From: Dehalococcoidia bacterium
GTDB taxonomy: Bacteria; Chloroflexota; Dehalococcoidia; DSTF01; JACRBR01
Assembly (NCBI GenBank): GCA_021731085.1
Contig: JAKFYB010000007.1
Span: 32,907-96,906, forward strand
Reading direction: 5' to 3'
Length of the DNA stretch: 64,000 nt
In this document: piece by piece, positions 36,439 through 45,998 of the stretch
Layout: each line of letters starts with the position of its first letter
How positions within the stretch are numbered: the first letter of the stretch is position 1
Position numbers and translations under genes: made by a program
Notes under the pieces: generated by a model
The model's database searches: none
Told to the model about the DNA's origin: nothing
Seen by the model: the letters and a program-made list of their open reading frames with translations, nothing else

Positions 36439-38394
36439 TCAGGGGCACTGCCCCGACGGCGAGATGAAGCTCGCGAGGAGGCCCTGGTCGGCGGGGTTCC
36501 AGACGCCGTCCTTGTTGATATCCACGCCTACTACGCGGAACGCAGGATTGGTGATCGCCGTCGCGAGCATGCCCATGTCCGCCACGTTCACGATGCGGTC
36601 GACGTTGAGCGACGCCGCCTCGCACCCGTCATGGCTGCCCGTCGTCGAGCCGTCGCCATCGCCTTCTGCCGCGACGATGCTGCTGTTGTAGAAGCAGAAC
36701 TCGATGCGGTCGGTGATCTTGTCACCATCGGTGTCGGTGGTGGGGCCGCATGCAGCGACCAGCGGCTTGCTGGCAAAGCTCGCGGGGTTTGTTCCGAGCA
36801 CACATTCGGCGTTGTCGAGGAAGCGGTCGGCATCCGTGTCGCGGTTCGTCGCGACGAGCGGGCCGCTACTGTTGCAGCCCACGGGCTCGGCGGCGTCGAG
36901 CAGGCCGTCGTTGTCGTCGTCAGGGTCGCAGTCGTCGCCCATGTTGTCAGAGTTGATCCACGTGAGGTCGTCCTGTGCGTAGGGCGGCGTGAGGTCGACG
37001 AAGTTGCGATCGCTGTTTGTCTGCGCCGGATTGGCGTGCAGGGGGCAGTTGTCGGCGGGGCCGGCAATGGTGTCGGCGTCAGGGTCGGCGATGAGGCTGG
37101 CGATCGCGCGCCAGACGTCGAGGCGCGGCGTCGTGATGCCGCTCTTGGGGTCGGTGCGTGGGACGCCGTTGGACTCGAGCGCTGTCTCGACCTGCGCTGA
37201 TGTGAGGCTAGCGTTGAACGACCACAGCAACGCCGCTGCCGCTGTCGCATGCGGCGTCGCGATCGATGTCCCGTACGAGATCGATGTGCCGCCGCCGAGC
37301 CCCGAGGTGGTGATCTGCCCGCCGGGCGCAAGCACATCGAGACTGCTCGCGGAGTTGCCGAAGCAGACGACGCGGTCGAAGCGTGGCGACTCCGAACACG
37401 GGACTGTGTTCACTGGCACGCTGCTAGTGTCGTCCCAGACGCCGCCGACGGACATGACGTTGCTGACGCAGGCGGGGAAGGCGAGTCCCGTCGTGAAGCC
37501 TTCATTGCCGGAGGCGGCGATGACGAGCGTGTTCGAGGCGTAGAGCGTGTTCACCGCGGTTGTGAACGGCGGGAAGATGGCATCGCAGGATGTCCCGTGA
37601 TTCACTCCGTCCGACAGGCTCATGCTGACGGCGCGCACCTCCGGGTGGTTAGTGATGATGTCGTTGAGCGCGGCGAGCGCGTCCGAGAACGAACCACCGC
37701 CTGCGGCCGATACCACCTTGTACGCCGCGACCTGCGCGTCCGATGCGATGCCAAGCGGCGCAACGTTGCCGGCCGACGTGATCACGCCCGAGACGCGCGT
37801 TCCGTGTCCGTTGTCATCCTCGGCGCTGCCGGGGCCGCTGCTACTGGTGCCGCCGAGCGGACAACCGGCGAGTATGAAGCATTGCTCGAACGCGATATCG
37901 TCGAGAAGATCCGGGTGGTCGGTGTCGATGCCTGTGTCGATGACAGCGACGGTTACGCCCGTGCCGGTGACACCGAGGGCCATGCGCGTTTCGTCGGCGC
38001 GGATCATGCGCGCACTTTCGATCAAGGCGAGGTTGATCTCACGGTCGGGCGTGACACTGCGAACGCCCGGATGCGATTTCAGCGCGCGCAGGCCATCGGC
38101 ATCGACGCTCGCGACGAAGGCGGGTACGCCATCGAATGCGCGCTCGACGACGACGCTGTCCGGCAGCTCGGCGGTTACATCGGCGCTGGCTGCCGAGAGG
38201 CGTTGCGTGAGTGCGTCGCGATCGGTGCGTTCGGCCGGGAGCAGGGCGGGCACGTCGAGTTCGACGATCACGCGCGTGGTGGAACCGGCGATGACGACGC
38301 CGGTCGCGGGATCCCCGGGAGCGCGGGCCGGCACGAAGGCGAACACCGCGGTTAGGAGGGCCCAGCCGGCAAGGACACGGAGCGTCGTACGCAT
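36439..38394 (-). CDS. secreted S8 (subtilisin-like) serine peptidase with C-terminal TSP3/dockerin-like Cys-rich module
   Basis: A signal peptide is present. The catalytic motifs are VAVIDTGID (Asp), GHGTRVSG (His) and GTSIATPH (Ser). The C-terminal 215 aa are described in the findings. Confidence 0.88.
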   Translation of the reverse strand: MRTTLRVLAGWALLTAVFAFVPARAPGDPATGVVIAGSTTRVIVELDVPALLPAERTDRDALTQRLSAASADVTAELPDSVVVERAFDGVPAFVASVDADGLRALKSHPGVRSVTPDREINLALIESARMIRADETRMALGVTGTGVTVAVIDTGIDTDHPDLLDDIAFEQCFILAGCPLGGTSSSGPGSAEDDNGHGTRVSGVITSAGNVAPLGIASDAQVAAYKVVSAAGGGSFSDALAALNDIITNHPEVRAVSMSLSDGVNHGTSCDAIFPPFTTAVNTLYASNTLVIAASGNEGFTTGLAFPACVSNVMSVGGVWDDTSSVPVNTVPCSESPRFDRVVCFGNSASSLDVLAPGGQITTSGLGGGTSISYGTSIATPHATAAAALLWSFNASLTSAQVETALESNGVPRTDPKSGITTPRLDVWRAIASLIADPDADTIAGPADNCPLHANPAQTNSDRNFVDLTPPYAQDDLTWINSDNMGDDCDPDDDNDGLLDAAEPVGCNSSGPLVATNRDTDADRFLDNAECVLGTNPASFASKPLVAACGPTTDTDGDKITDRIEFCFYNSSIVAAEGDGDGSTTGSHDGCEAASLNVDRIVNVADMGMLATAITNPAFRVVGVDINKDGVWNPADQGLLASFISPSGQCP

Positions 38395-38516
38395 GGCGCG
38401 ATTGTACGCCTGCGGAGACGTAAAGTCACCAGGCCGTCAATCACATGGGCACAGGGCGCGACCTGAAGTGCCCTCACGGTGCCGGCTGAATGGCCGCGCT
38501 TTCGCCCGCTCGCTCG

Positions 38517-40325
38517 CTACGGGCAGACGCCGAACCGGCTGGCGAGGAAGCCGGAATCGGCGGGATTGAAGACGCCGTCCTTGTTCATGTCCATGTTTAC
38601 GAGCTTTGCGGGCGGCCCAACACGCGTCATCTCGGCCGAAAGAAGGCCCATGTCAGCAGGATTGACGGTGCTGTCGCCGTTGATCGAGGCGACCTCGCGT
38701 CCGTCGTTGCATAGATCGCCGTCGGTGTTCGCGTTGGCTGGATCGCTGTTGTAGTAGCAGACCTCAATGCGCGTCTGGATGCCGTCGCCGTCCGCATCCG
38801 TCGTCGGGCCGCAGGCGGCCACCGCTGGCGTGGAGCCCGCGTTGTTCGGATTCGTGCCAAGCGCGCATTCGGGGCCGTCGAGGAAGCGGTCACTGTCGGT
38901 GTCGCGGTTGGATGCGTTCAACGCTCCGCTGCCGTTGCAACCGATCGCCTCCGACGCATCGAGCACGCCATCGTTGTCGTCGTCCGTATCGCAGGCGTCG
39001 CCCATGTTGTCCGACTTGATCCACGTCGCGTCATCCTGCGTCGAAGGTGGCGTCTGGTCGATGAAGTTGCGGTCGTTGTTCACCTGGCTGGCGTTTGAGA
39101 TTGTTGGGCAGTTGTCGATCTGATCACCGAACGTGTCGGCATCCTGATCTTCGAGGACGAGCTTCTGGATCGTGCCGCCAAAGTAGTCGGCGAGGTAGAG
39201 CTCGCCTGATGCGTCCTGGCCAAAGGTGCTGATGAAGTAGGAGGTATCGAGCAACAACGTCTGTGACCACGGCGGGCCGCTGCCCGGCGTGCTGTGCCAA
39301 ATCCGGCCTGAGCAGAAGTCGCCGTATATGTACTCACCGTCGTAGGAGGGCGAGATGCCGCGGTACAGGTAGCCGCCGGTGACGGAGCACTCGCCTGCTC
39401 CCTGCGTATAGTCGAGCACTGGCGGCGTGAGCGACGGGTGCGAGCAGCCGACGCCCTCGTTGATGTAGCAGCCGAAGCCCTCCATGATGCGCCACCCGTA
39501 GTTCAGTCCGCCGGGGCTGGAGTTTGGTTCGAAGTCGATCTCCTCGCGCACCTCCTGGCCGACGTCGCCGATCAGTAGGTCGCCGGTCAAACTATCGAAG
39601 CTGATGCGCCACGGGTTGCGAAGGCCGTACGCCCAGATCTGGTCGAGGCCGGGCGTTGCGCCGGCGAACGGGTTCGTCGCCGGGATGCCGTGGTACGGCG
39701 GCGCGAGGACACTTTGATCGACATCGAGCCGCAGGATCTTCCCGAGCAGCGTGTTGAGGTTCTGCGCGTTGTTGCCGGGGTCGCCGCCACCGCCGCCATC
39801 GCCGATCGCGACGTAGAGGTAGCCGTCCGGCCCGAAGGCTAGCTGGCCGCCGTTGTGATTGGTGAAGCCGGGGTGAGAGATCGTTAGGAGCGGCACGCCG
39901 GATACGGGGTTGGCGACGTTAGGGTTGGAGGAGACGGTGTAGCGGGCGATGACGATGTTACTACTGGTATCTGTGTAGTGCACGTAGAAGTAGGGAGTTG
40001 CGGGGTAGTTTGGGTGGAAGGCGAGGCCGAGGAGTCCTTCTTCGTCGCCGCTGATGCCAACGACAGGAGCTAGGTTCAGGAAGGGCGTGGAGATGGTTGT
40101 CGTGCCGTTCAGGATGCGGATGCGGCCCGTCTTCTCGACGATGAACAGGCGGCTATCGCCAGCGTGTTCGATGCCGACGACCTGCGTGAAGCCGGTGCCA
40201 ACCTGCGAGAGCGTAATCGGGCCGAGCGCCTCCGCAACGTCGGCGGACTTGTGGGAGCTGGTTGTGCTGAGCGCGGCCGCCAGCATGATTGCGAAGGCGA
40301 CGGTTAGTACGGCCGGTCGGGTCAA
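38517..40325 (-). CDS. secreted PQQ-dependent sugar dehydrogenase (sorbosone/glucose dehydrogenase-like beta-propeller) with the same C-terminal module
   Basis: A signal peptide is present. Motifs ...EEGLLGLAFHPNY..., ...HNGGQLAFGPDGYLYVAIGDGG..., ...GLRNPWR... and ...NYGWR... are typical of the SGDH family. Confidence 0.85.
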   Translation of the reverse strand: MTRPAVLTVAFAIMLAAALSTTSSHKSADVAEALGPITLSQVGTGFTQVVGIEHAGDSRLFIVEKTGRIRILNGTTTISTPFLNLAPVVGISGDEEGLLGLAFHPNYPATPYFYVHYTDTSSNIVIARYTVSSNPNVANPVSGVPLLTISHPGFTNHNGGQLAFGPDGYLYVAIGDGGGGGDPGNNAQNLNTLLGKILRLDVDQSVLAPPYHGIPATNPFAGATPGLDQIWAYGLRNPWRISFDSLTGDLLIGDVGQEVREEIDFEPNSSPGGLNYGWRIMEGFGCYINEGVGCSHPSLTPPVLDYTQGAGECSVTGGYLYRGISPSYDGEYIYGDFCSGRIWHSTPGSGPPWSQTLLLDTSYFISTFGQDASGELYLADYFGGTIQKLVLEDQDADTFGDQIDNCPTISNASQVNNDRNFIDQTPPSTQDDATWIKSDNMGDACDTDDDNDGVLDASEAIGCNGSGALNASNRDTDSDRFLDGPECALGTNPNNAGSTPAVAACGPTTDADGDGIQTRIEVCYYNSDPANANTDGDLCNDGREVASINGDSTVNPADMGLLSAEMTRVGPPAKLVNMDMNKDGVFNPADSGFLASRFGVCP

Positions 40326-40521
40326 GCGACACCATCCTCTAAATCAACATGATTGGTTTGAACGTGCCCTGAAGGCGGTGGACGCGTCGGCGAACGCGCC
40401 CAGTGTAATCGCCGTTTCGTCAAGTAGACACAGCCAAACGTTAATTCTTGTGATTTATCCCAAGTCGTGCTTTCACACACGGGCCGTCCGCTGCGGAAGT
40501 TATATCGATCACGTGACAGCG

Positions 40522-41517
40522 ATGCACTCGCGCTATAGCGGGCCACTCATCGCTCGAAAACGCTGCTACATTGCTCATGTGAAAGCTCACGACGACAACG
40601 CGGCCGCACACGGCATCACGCTTCCTGATGGACGACGCCTCTGCTACGAGGAATACGGCGATCCGGGTGGATTCCCTGTGTTCTACTTTCATGGGTCGCC
40701 GGGATCGCGCCTCGAAGGGCGGTTGGCTCACGAGGCGGCGCTACGGCAGCACGCGCGCATCATCGCGCCGGAGCGTCCCGGTTACGGCTGCTCGGACTTT
40801 CAGCGCGGGCGCCAGTTCGATGATTGGCCCGCGGATGTGGCGGCGCTTGCCGATGTTCTCGGCATCGATCAGTTTGCGGTGGTTGGGTTGTCCGGCGGTG
40901 GGCCGCACGTGCTTGCGTGCGTTGTCGCGATACCGGAGCGTGTCATCGGCGCAGCCGTGGTCAGCAGTGCGGGGCCGGTCGATGCGTACCACGCGCGAAG
41001 CAAGAGCACGGTCGGGCGCTGGCTGCGCAAGGCAACGATGCCGGTCGCGCGCTTCTTCATCAAGGGTGGAGTGCGGCTCCTGCCGTGGGCGATCAAGCGA
41101 AAAAGCGCGAAGGATATGAACACATACGTCGACAAGAAAGTGCTTGGCCGTCTGGAAGAACGCGAGCGATTCCGGGCGGACGTCGTGGAGGCGCTACGAC
41201 CGGGCGCAAAGGGCGCCGTGCACGAGTTCGACCTGCACACGCGTTCATGGCCGTTCTCGCTGTCGGATGTTGGCGCGATGATCCATCTCTGGCACGGCGA
41301 CGCTGACACGGTCGTCCCGATCGATATCGGTCGCTACGTGGCAAATCACCTTCCCCGCTGCCAGCCGCGGATCCTCACCGGCGAAGGTCATCTGCTGATC
41401 GTCGATCATATCGTCGAAGTGCTCGCGGCTGTGACGGCGGACGCGCGCACTAACGCTCGCGATCGGAACCCCGTGGTGAGCAAGAGCAACGAAGCGGTTG
41501 CGCAGTCCGCCGGCTAA
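40522..41517 (+). CDS. alpha/beta hydrolase
   Basis: ORF 40054..41517 trimmed (ATG at 40522, or GTG at 40579). Motifs FYFHGSPGSRLE and the nucleophile elbow VVGLSGGGPH. The C-terminus carries GEGHLL. Confidence 0.8.
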   Translation: MHSRYSGPLIARKRCYIAHVKAHDDNAAAHGITLPDGRRLCYEEYGDPGGFPVFYFHGSPGSRLEGRLAHEAALRQHARIIAPERPGYGCSDFQRGRQFDDWPADVAALADVLGIDQFAVVGLSGGGPHVLACVVAIPERVIGAAVVSSAGPVDAYHARSKSTVGRWLRKATMPVARFFIKGGVRLLPWAIKRKSAKDMNTYVDKKVLGRLEERERFRADVVEALRPGAKGAVHEFDLHTRSWPFSLSDVGAMIHLWHGDADTVVPIDIGRYVANHLPRCQPRILTGEGHLLIVDHIVEVLAAVTADARTNARDRNPVVSKSNEAVAQSAG

Positions 41518-41541
41518 TCACCCACCACCAATCACCAATCC

Positions 41542-42426
41542 CTAGTTTGCATCCCACATCTTCGACGAAGCCTTCATGAAGCGCAGCATCATGATCATTG
41601 ACGCAACAGCATCACCGCCGCCAGGCTCGCGCAGAAACGTCTCGAACCAGACGTATTCGGTTTTCGGGGTGACGCCCAGCGCGAGGATGTCTCCGTCGAC
41701 CTCGTAGTCGTGTTCGGCGAAGACGGGGCCGTTGATGTGCTGCACTTCGATCGCGCCGTAAAGGCCGACGGCGCGGCGCACGGGCATGCGCTGCTGGACG
41801 GCAACCATCGCGTGCACGACGACACCCGGGTTGAGGATCGGCCCGCCCCAGGGCGATGCGCCGGTGTACCAGTCGAGCGGCTCAGTGAGTGCCTTGTTGC
41901 GCGCGAAGATCTCCGGCTCGTCGAGGCCGACGCGCGTTGCGATGGCATCGAGGTGTTGGCCCGCATGCATCTCCGACAGGATGTGCATTTCGCCGGGCTC
42001 GCGCCGCTCCGCCAGCTTGCGGCGCAGCAACGACGGTTCGGATGGCATCCCTACCGAGGCCGTGCCTTCAAGCACCTGGAGGCCGTCGTCGCGTTCCATC
42101 CAGATGTTGATCTGCGAATCGCTATCGGCTGATGGGGCGTGGGCAAGCGGCCGCACGGCCTCGTTGTCAACGGTGGCGTTGCGGAAGTAGCACGAGATAT
42201 TGCCGGTCTCGAACCAGCGCTCACCGAACGCGCGCATCAGAACCGGCGGGAACTGCTCCATATGGATCGAGCCGGCCACAGTGCCGCCGCGAAAGCCGAG
42301 CTTCGATGCGGTGTTGTCGTCGTGGATGCTGCCCTTCTGCGTCTGCGCGAGATTGCGCGGGCGGCGATAGGGGCCGATGAGGACGCCATTCTGTTCGATG
42401 ATGTCGTTGTGGGCGATGGTGGTCAT
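41542..42426 (-). CDS. hypothetical protein (possibly a double hotdog fold)
   Basis: 294-aa ORF with good composition. The family assignment is not secure. Confidence 0.5.
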   Translation of the reverse strand: MTTIAHNDIIEQNGVLIGPYRRPRNLAQTQKGSIHDDNTASKLGFRGGTVAGSIHMEQFPPVLMRAFGERWFETGNISCYFRNATVDNEAVRPLAHAPSADSDSQINIWMERDDGLQVLEGTASVGMPSEPSLLRRKLAERREPGEMHILSEMHAGQHLDAIATRVGLDEPEIFARNKALTEPLDWYTGASPWGGPILNPGVVVHAMVAVQQRMPVRRAVGLYGAIEVQHINGPVFAEHDYEVDGDILALGVTPKTEYVWFETFLREPGGGDAVASMIMMLRFMKASSKMWDAN

Positions 42427-42501
42427 GGATGCACCTCCAAGGCCACGATCGTACCATCGCCTGTCAAGCGCTGCGATTGGCGATGACGGCGAAAACGCGG
42501 A

Positions 42502-42523
42502 GCGCGGGCTTTTCAGCCCGCGC
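42502..42523. repeat. REP-like hairpin, copy 3 (GCGCGGGC-TTTTCA-GCCCGCGC)
   Basis: Identical stem and loop to copy 1. The 5' flank GCGGA is shared. Confidence 0.7.
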
Positions 42524-42552
42524 TCACTCTTCGCTACTGTGCCTCTCTCTGC

Positions 42553-42939
42553 CTAGCTGTCGCTCTTCTTGCCGCGCTTGAGCTTGAGCTTGCGCAACAG
42601 ACGCTTGTAGCGCTGGTCGCGGGAGGCGTGCTGCACGGCGGACTCGAAGTCGGCGGCGGTAAGTGCGGCGAGCGCCTTATCGGCGGAGAGCCCGCCCTTC
42701 ATCTTGCGCGACATGGCGACGGCCGCGATGAGGGTCGCGGTACTGGAGACGACGACGGCGGCGCCGGCGTAGGCCTTGTACTTGCCCGACATCTCCGGGA
42801 ACTTCTGCACTGCGCGCGAGGCGAGGTTGAGCGTCTTCTTCGTGCCCGCGTCCACGTGATCCGCCTCGGAGACCGACTCCCAATCGAACTCGTCCTCGAT
42901 CTCGTCGGGGTGGACTACTTCGTCTGCTTTGATGGCCAT
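42553..42939 (-). CDS. hypothetical protein with one central hydrophobic segment and a basic tail
   Basis: 128 aa. The N-terminus is acidic, a TM-like segment AYAGAAVVVSSTATLIAAVAM follows, and the tail is KRLLRKLKLKRGKK. Confidence 0.45.
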   Translation of the reverse strand: MAIKADEVVHPDEIEDEFDWESVSEADHVDAGTKKTLNLASRAVQKFPEMSGKYKAYAGAAVVVSSTATLIAAVAMSRKMKGGLSADKALAALTAADFESAVQHASRDQRYKRLLRKLKLKRGKKSDS

Positions 42940-43000
42940 CGTGTGCTTCCCTTCTATGGAGGCTTCGGGCGGAGCCCGCGTCCTGCGGGCAGGATTTCCG

Positions 43001-43486
43001 TTAGTTCGCGCCGCGGATCTCGCGCATCGTGTGCACGATCTCGATCGCGGTGAGCGCTGCTTCGCGGCCCTTGTGTCCTGCGCTGCCGCCGATCCGCGCC
43101 AGCGCTTGCTCCTCGTTGTCCGTAGTCAGTACGCCGAAGATCACCGGCACTCCACTGTCCAGCGCCGCGCGCTGGATGCCGCCGGCCGTCTCCGACGACA
43201 CGTAATCGAAGTGCGGCGTGTCGCCCCGGATGACGGCCCCAAGGCAGACGACCGCGTCGTACTTACCTGTTTCGGCCAGCGTCTTCGCGACGATGGGCAG
43301 TTCGAAGCAGCCGGGAACGTCGATCGAGGTCAACGTGTCCGGATCGAGCCCGTGGGCGCCCAACTCCTCACGACAGCCATCGTACAGGGGTTGGGTTACG
43401 TGCGCGTTAAACCGCGCTACGACGACGGCGAGCCGCATGCCCGTCGCATCGAGACCGCCCTCATGGCTAAAACCGCCCTTGGTCAC
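43001..43486 (-). CDS. ribH: 6,7-dimethyl-8-ribityllumazine synthase
   Basis: LDATGMRLAVVVARFN..., VPGCFELP and GAVIRGDTPHFDYV. A GTG start at 43486 follows GGAGGAG. The ORF-track ATG at 43513 is the alternative. Confidence 0.88.
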   Translation of the reverse strand: MTKGGFSHEGGLDATGMRLAVVVARFNAHVTQPLYDGCREELGAHGLDPDTLTSIDVPGCFELPIVAKTLAETGKYDAVVCLGAVIRGDTPHFDYVSSETAGGIQRAALDSGVPVIFGVLTTDNEEQALARIGGSAGHKGREAALTAIEIVHTMREIRGAN

Positions 43487-43606
43487 CTGACTCCTCCGGG
43501 TTCCACGAAGCATAGCAACCCGTCGGTGCAGGATGAGGGATCGCGGGCGGCGGCGAAATGGTACGTCCGTACCATCTTCAGGCCGATGTCCATAGCGGGC
43601 GCGGAG

Positions 43607-44431
43607 CTATGAAGCGGCTGCGACGCGGGCCTTCAACTCATCGAGCACGGCCCATGACACTGCGTCACGCGGAATCCAGTCGTTGAACGACCACGCCTCC
43701 GACTGGTTGCAGTGGCTGACGACGCAGTCGAGGTCCATTGCGCCGATGCCGGGCACATCCCAGACCATACGGTAGTGCCAGCGCAGGTCCACGACGACGG
43801 CGGATGACGCGTCCTGCCAGACCTTGAGAAACCGCGCGACGTAGGTTGGGTCGCCTGAAAGAAACTTGTCGAGGACACGCTTGAATGCGGGACTCGGCTC
43901 TTCGAGATCTTCGCCGCCGCGAAAGTGACCCTTGTACACGGCAGCCAGCGATCCCACTGCCTCGTCCCAGTTCAGGAGGCGGTCGGCGAAGCGGGGGTCG
44001 CTCGCAACGGCAAGCATGCTGCGTTCGGACACGTCCTGGAATTCGCTACTGAGATCGACGCCCCAAACGCGCTCCATGATGCTGTTGGTAAAGACGACCT
44101 CGGATGCATCATTGAGCACAAACGCGGGCCATGTGAGGCGGTCGAGTTCCGCCTGTGACTCCTCCGGCGACAGATCGAGTTCCGTCACGCGCGGGACAAT
44201 CTCGCGGTTGTCGGCCGCATAGCCTGCGGCTTCGAGGATGGCGTTGCGTTCCATGACGGACACGTGGAGCGCGTCGAGGATTGCGATGAGGTACGGGCGC
44301 GACGGATGGCGCTTTCCCTGCTCATAGGCCTTTACGGTCGGCAGCGAGACGTGGGAGCGCGCGGCAAGGTCGGCCTGGGAAACGCTGAGCCGCGTCCGAG
44401 CGGTGACAAGAAGTGCGGACCAGTCGCTCAT
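43607..44431 (-). CDS. XRE-family HTH regulator with MmyB-like C-terminal ligand-binding domain
   Basis: HTH region LSVSQADLAARSHVSLPTVKAYEQGKRHPSRPYL. The C-terminal domain of about 190 aa has the MmyB-like pattern (PAFVLNDASEVVFTN...). Confidence 0.7.
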   Translation of the reverse strand: MSDWSALLVTARTRLSVSQADLAARSHVSLPTVKAYEQGKRHPSRPYLIAILDALHVSVMERNAILEAAGYAADNREIVPRVTELDLSPEESQAELDRLTWPAFVLNDASEVVFTNSIMERVWGVDLSSEFQDVSERSMLAVASDPRFADRLLNWDEAVGSLAAVYKGHFRGGEDLEEPSPAFKRVLDKFLSGDPTYVARFLKVWQDASSAVVVDLRWHYRMVWDVPGIGAMDLDCVVSHCNQSEAWSFNDWIPRDAVSWAVLDELKARVAAAS

Positions 44432-44481
44432 AGCCGAAGAATATAAGAATCATTCGGACGTTGGAAGGTCAGTGGTTGGCG

Positions 44482-45309
44482 TCAGTTGTCGGGCGGTGAG
44501 CTCTTGCTGGTGATGCGGGTCAGCACCTCCCACGAAGCGGCGTCAGTCGGGATCCAGTCGGTGAAGAGGAGTCCATCCGGCTCCGAGGCTACCGTCACGA
44601 GGCCGCGAAAGCGCACCTCGCCTTCATTCGGATCGCGCCAGATCACGGGAAACTCCCACCGCACGCGCGGCACCAGTGGCTCCGCCTCCTGCCACACTCG
44701 CACGAGCACATCGATATATTCGGGTGGGCCGGCCTTGAAGCGGTCGACGGCAGGCGCGAGATGCGCACTGGGACTGTTGAGCGAATCTGGTCCGCGGGGA
44801 TGGCCCTTGAATACGCCTGCGATGAACGCAAAGACCTCTTCGCGATTCACGATCCGGTCGACGAACCGGGGCTCTGTGGCAAAACTCAGCACGTTGCGTG
44901 TGTACTTGTCGGGAAACTCGCGTTCCAGGTCGATGCCCCAGAGGGCGATGGCCGCATCGTTCGCGAAGAAGACTTCCAAGAACTCCGACCCAACGGATGC
45001 GGGCCATGGACATGACTTGATGTGGTCGCAGGCCTCGTCGAGTGTGAACATGAAGCCGTCGCGCAGCCAGGGCCCCAACTCGAGTCCGTCCGTCGCATAG
45101 CCGGCGAGCTTCAAGATGGCGTTGCGCTCTGACCGGTCTACACGAAGCGCGTCGAGCATCGCAGTCAAATACGGGCGCGAAGGGTGACGCTTGCCCTGCT
45201 CGTACGACTTGACGGACGGCAGCGACACGTGGGAGCGTGCGGCCAGATCGGCCTGGGAGAGACCAAGCCGGACGCGCGCTTCATAGAGCATGGCGAACCA
45301 CTCGCTCAT
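44482..45309 (-). CDS. XRE-family HTH regulator with MmyB-like C-terminal domain (tandem paralogue)
   Basis: LGLSQADLAARSHVSLPSVKSYEQGKRHPSRPYL. It aligns along its full length with the gene at 43607..44431. Confidence 0.7.
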   Translation of the reverse strand: MSEWFAMLYEARVRLGLSQADLAARSHVSLPSVKSYEQGKRHPSRPYLTAMLDALRVDRSERNAILKLAGYATDGLELGPWLRDGFMFTLDEACDHIKSCPWPASVGSEFLEVFFANDAAIALWGIDLEREFPDKYTRNVLSFATEPRFVDRIVNREEVFAFIAGVFKGHPRGPDSLNSPSAHLAPAVDRFKAGPPEYIDVLVRVWQEAEPLVPRVRWEFPVIWRDPNEGEVRFRGLVTVASEPDGLLFTDWIPTDAASWEVLTRITSKSSPPDN

Positions 45310-45350
45310 ATGGCGATAGTAGTCCTGTCAGCACCATTTCGTATATAGCA

Positions 45351-45375
45351 CCAGGGATACCGTTTGTATCCCTGG
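45351..45375. promoter_or_regulatory. perfect inverted repeat CCAGGGATA-N7-TATCCCTGG upstream of the MmyB-like regulator (candidate operator)
   Basis: The arms are 9 bp each and lie 42 to 66 nt upstream of the ATG at 45309. They sit next to an AT-rich TATATA element. Confidence 0.35.
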
Positions 45376-45458
45376 GTATCGTTCCCCCGCTCGTCTGGTC
45401 GCTCCGAACCTGCTCAGTCGCGAGGGTCGCCGCTCGCCGAACGCCGGATGCCGCACGA

Positions 45459-45998
45459 CTAGCGTCCGACGGGCGCGCCTGCCATCGCCTTGATGCTGGC
45501 AAGGTGGCCGCCGCCCACGTGGTCAATGAGCACGCCGCCTTCCAGGAGCTGTTGCGTCGTGACTTCAGCACCGTCAGCGAGGCTCAGGGGACTCTTGCGG
45601 TCGAGCTGTTCGTCGGTCAGGCCGCGGATGTAGGCAGCGATCGGCCTCGCGCCGTCGCGGATGGTCTTGAGTACGTCGTCCTTCGTGGCGTTCGCCTCGG
45701 CGGCGGCGCGCGCGTCGTTCCGGCCATTGACCTCGGCCCATGTGAAGGCCGAGAGTGCCTTGTCGCCGTCAGCTGCCGGCATGAAAATCTCGCTCTCGAG
45801 GGGGAACTGTCCCGCTATGTGCGCGGCGACCTGCGCCGTCGTCCAGGGTGCCTCGCACTCCGCGTTCCACTTGTCGTCCGGCACGGCCTGCACCGCCGTC
45901 TCGAACTCCGCGACTGCACTCTCGAACCGCTGCGCCACCTCCGTCGATCGCTGTCCCACAATGACCTCCCTATTGTATTCAAGCGCCGCGACCCCCAT
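45459..45998 (-). CDS. DinB-like/maleylpyruvate-isomerase N-terminal-domain family protein
   Basis: ...WTTAQVAAHIAG... is the metal-binding His helix. The C-terminal ...LIDHVGGH... follows. Length is 179 aa. Confidence 0.6.
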   Translation of the reverse strand: MGVAALEYNREVIVGQRSTEVAQRFESAVAEFETAVQAVPDDKWNAECEAPWTTAQVAAHIAGQFPLESEIFMPAADGDKALSAFTWAEVNGRNDARAAAEANATKDDVLKTIRDGARPIAAYIRGLTDEQLDRKSPLSLADGAEVTTQQLLEGGVLIDHVGGGHLASIKAMAGAPVGR

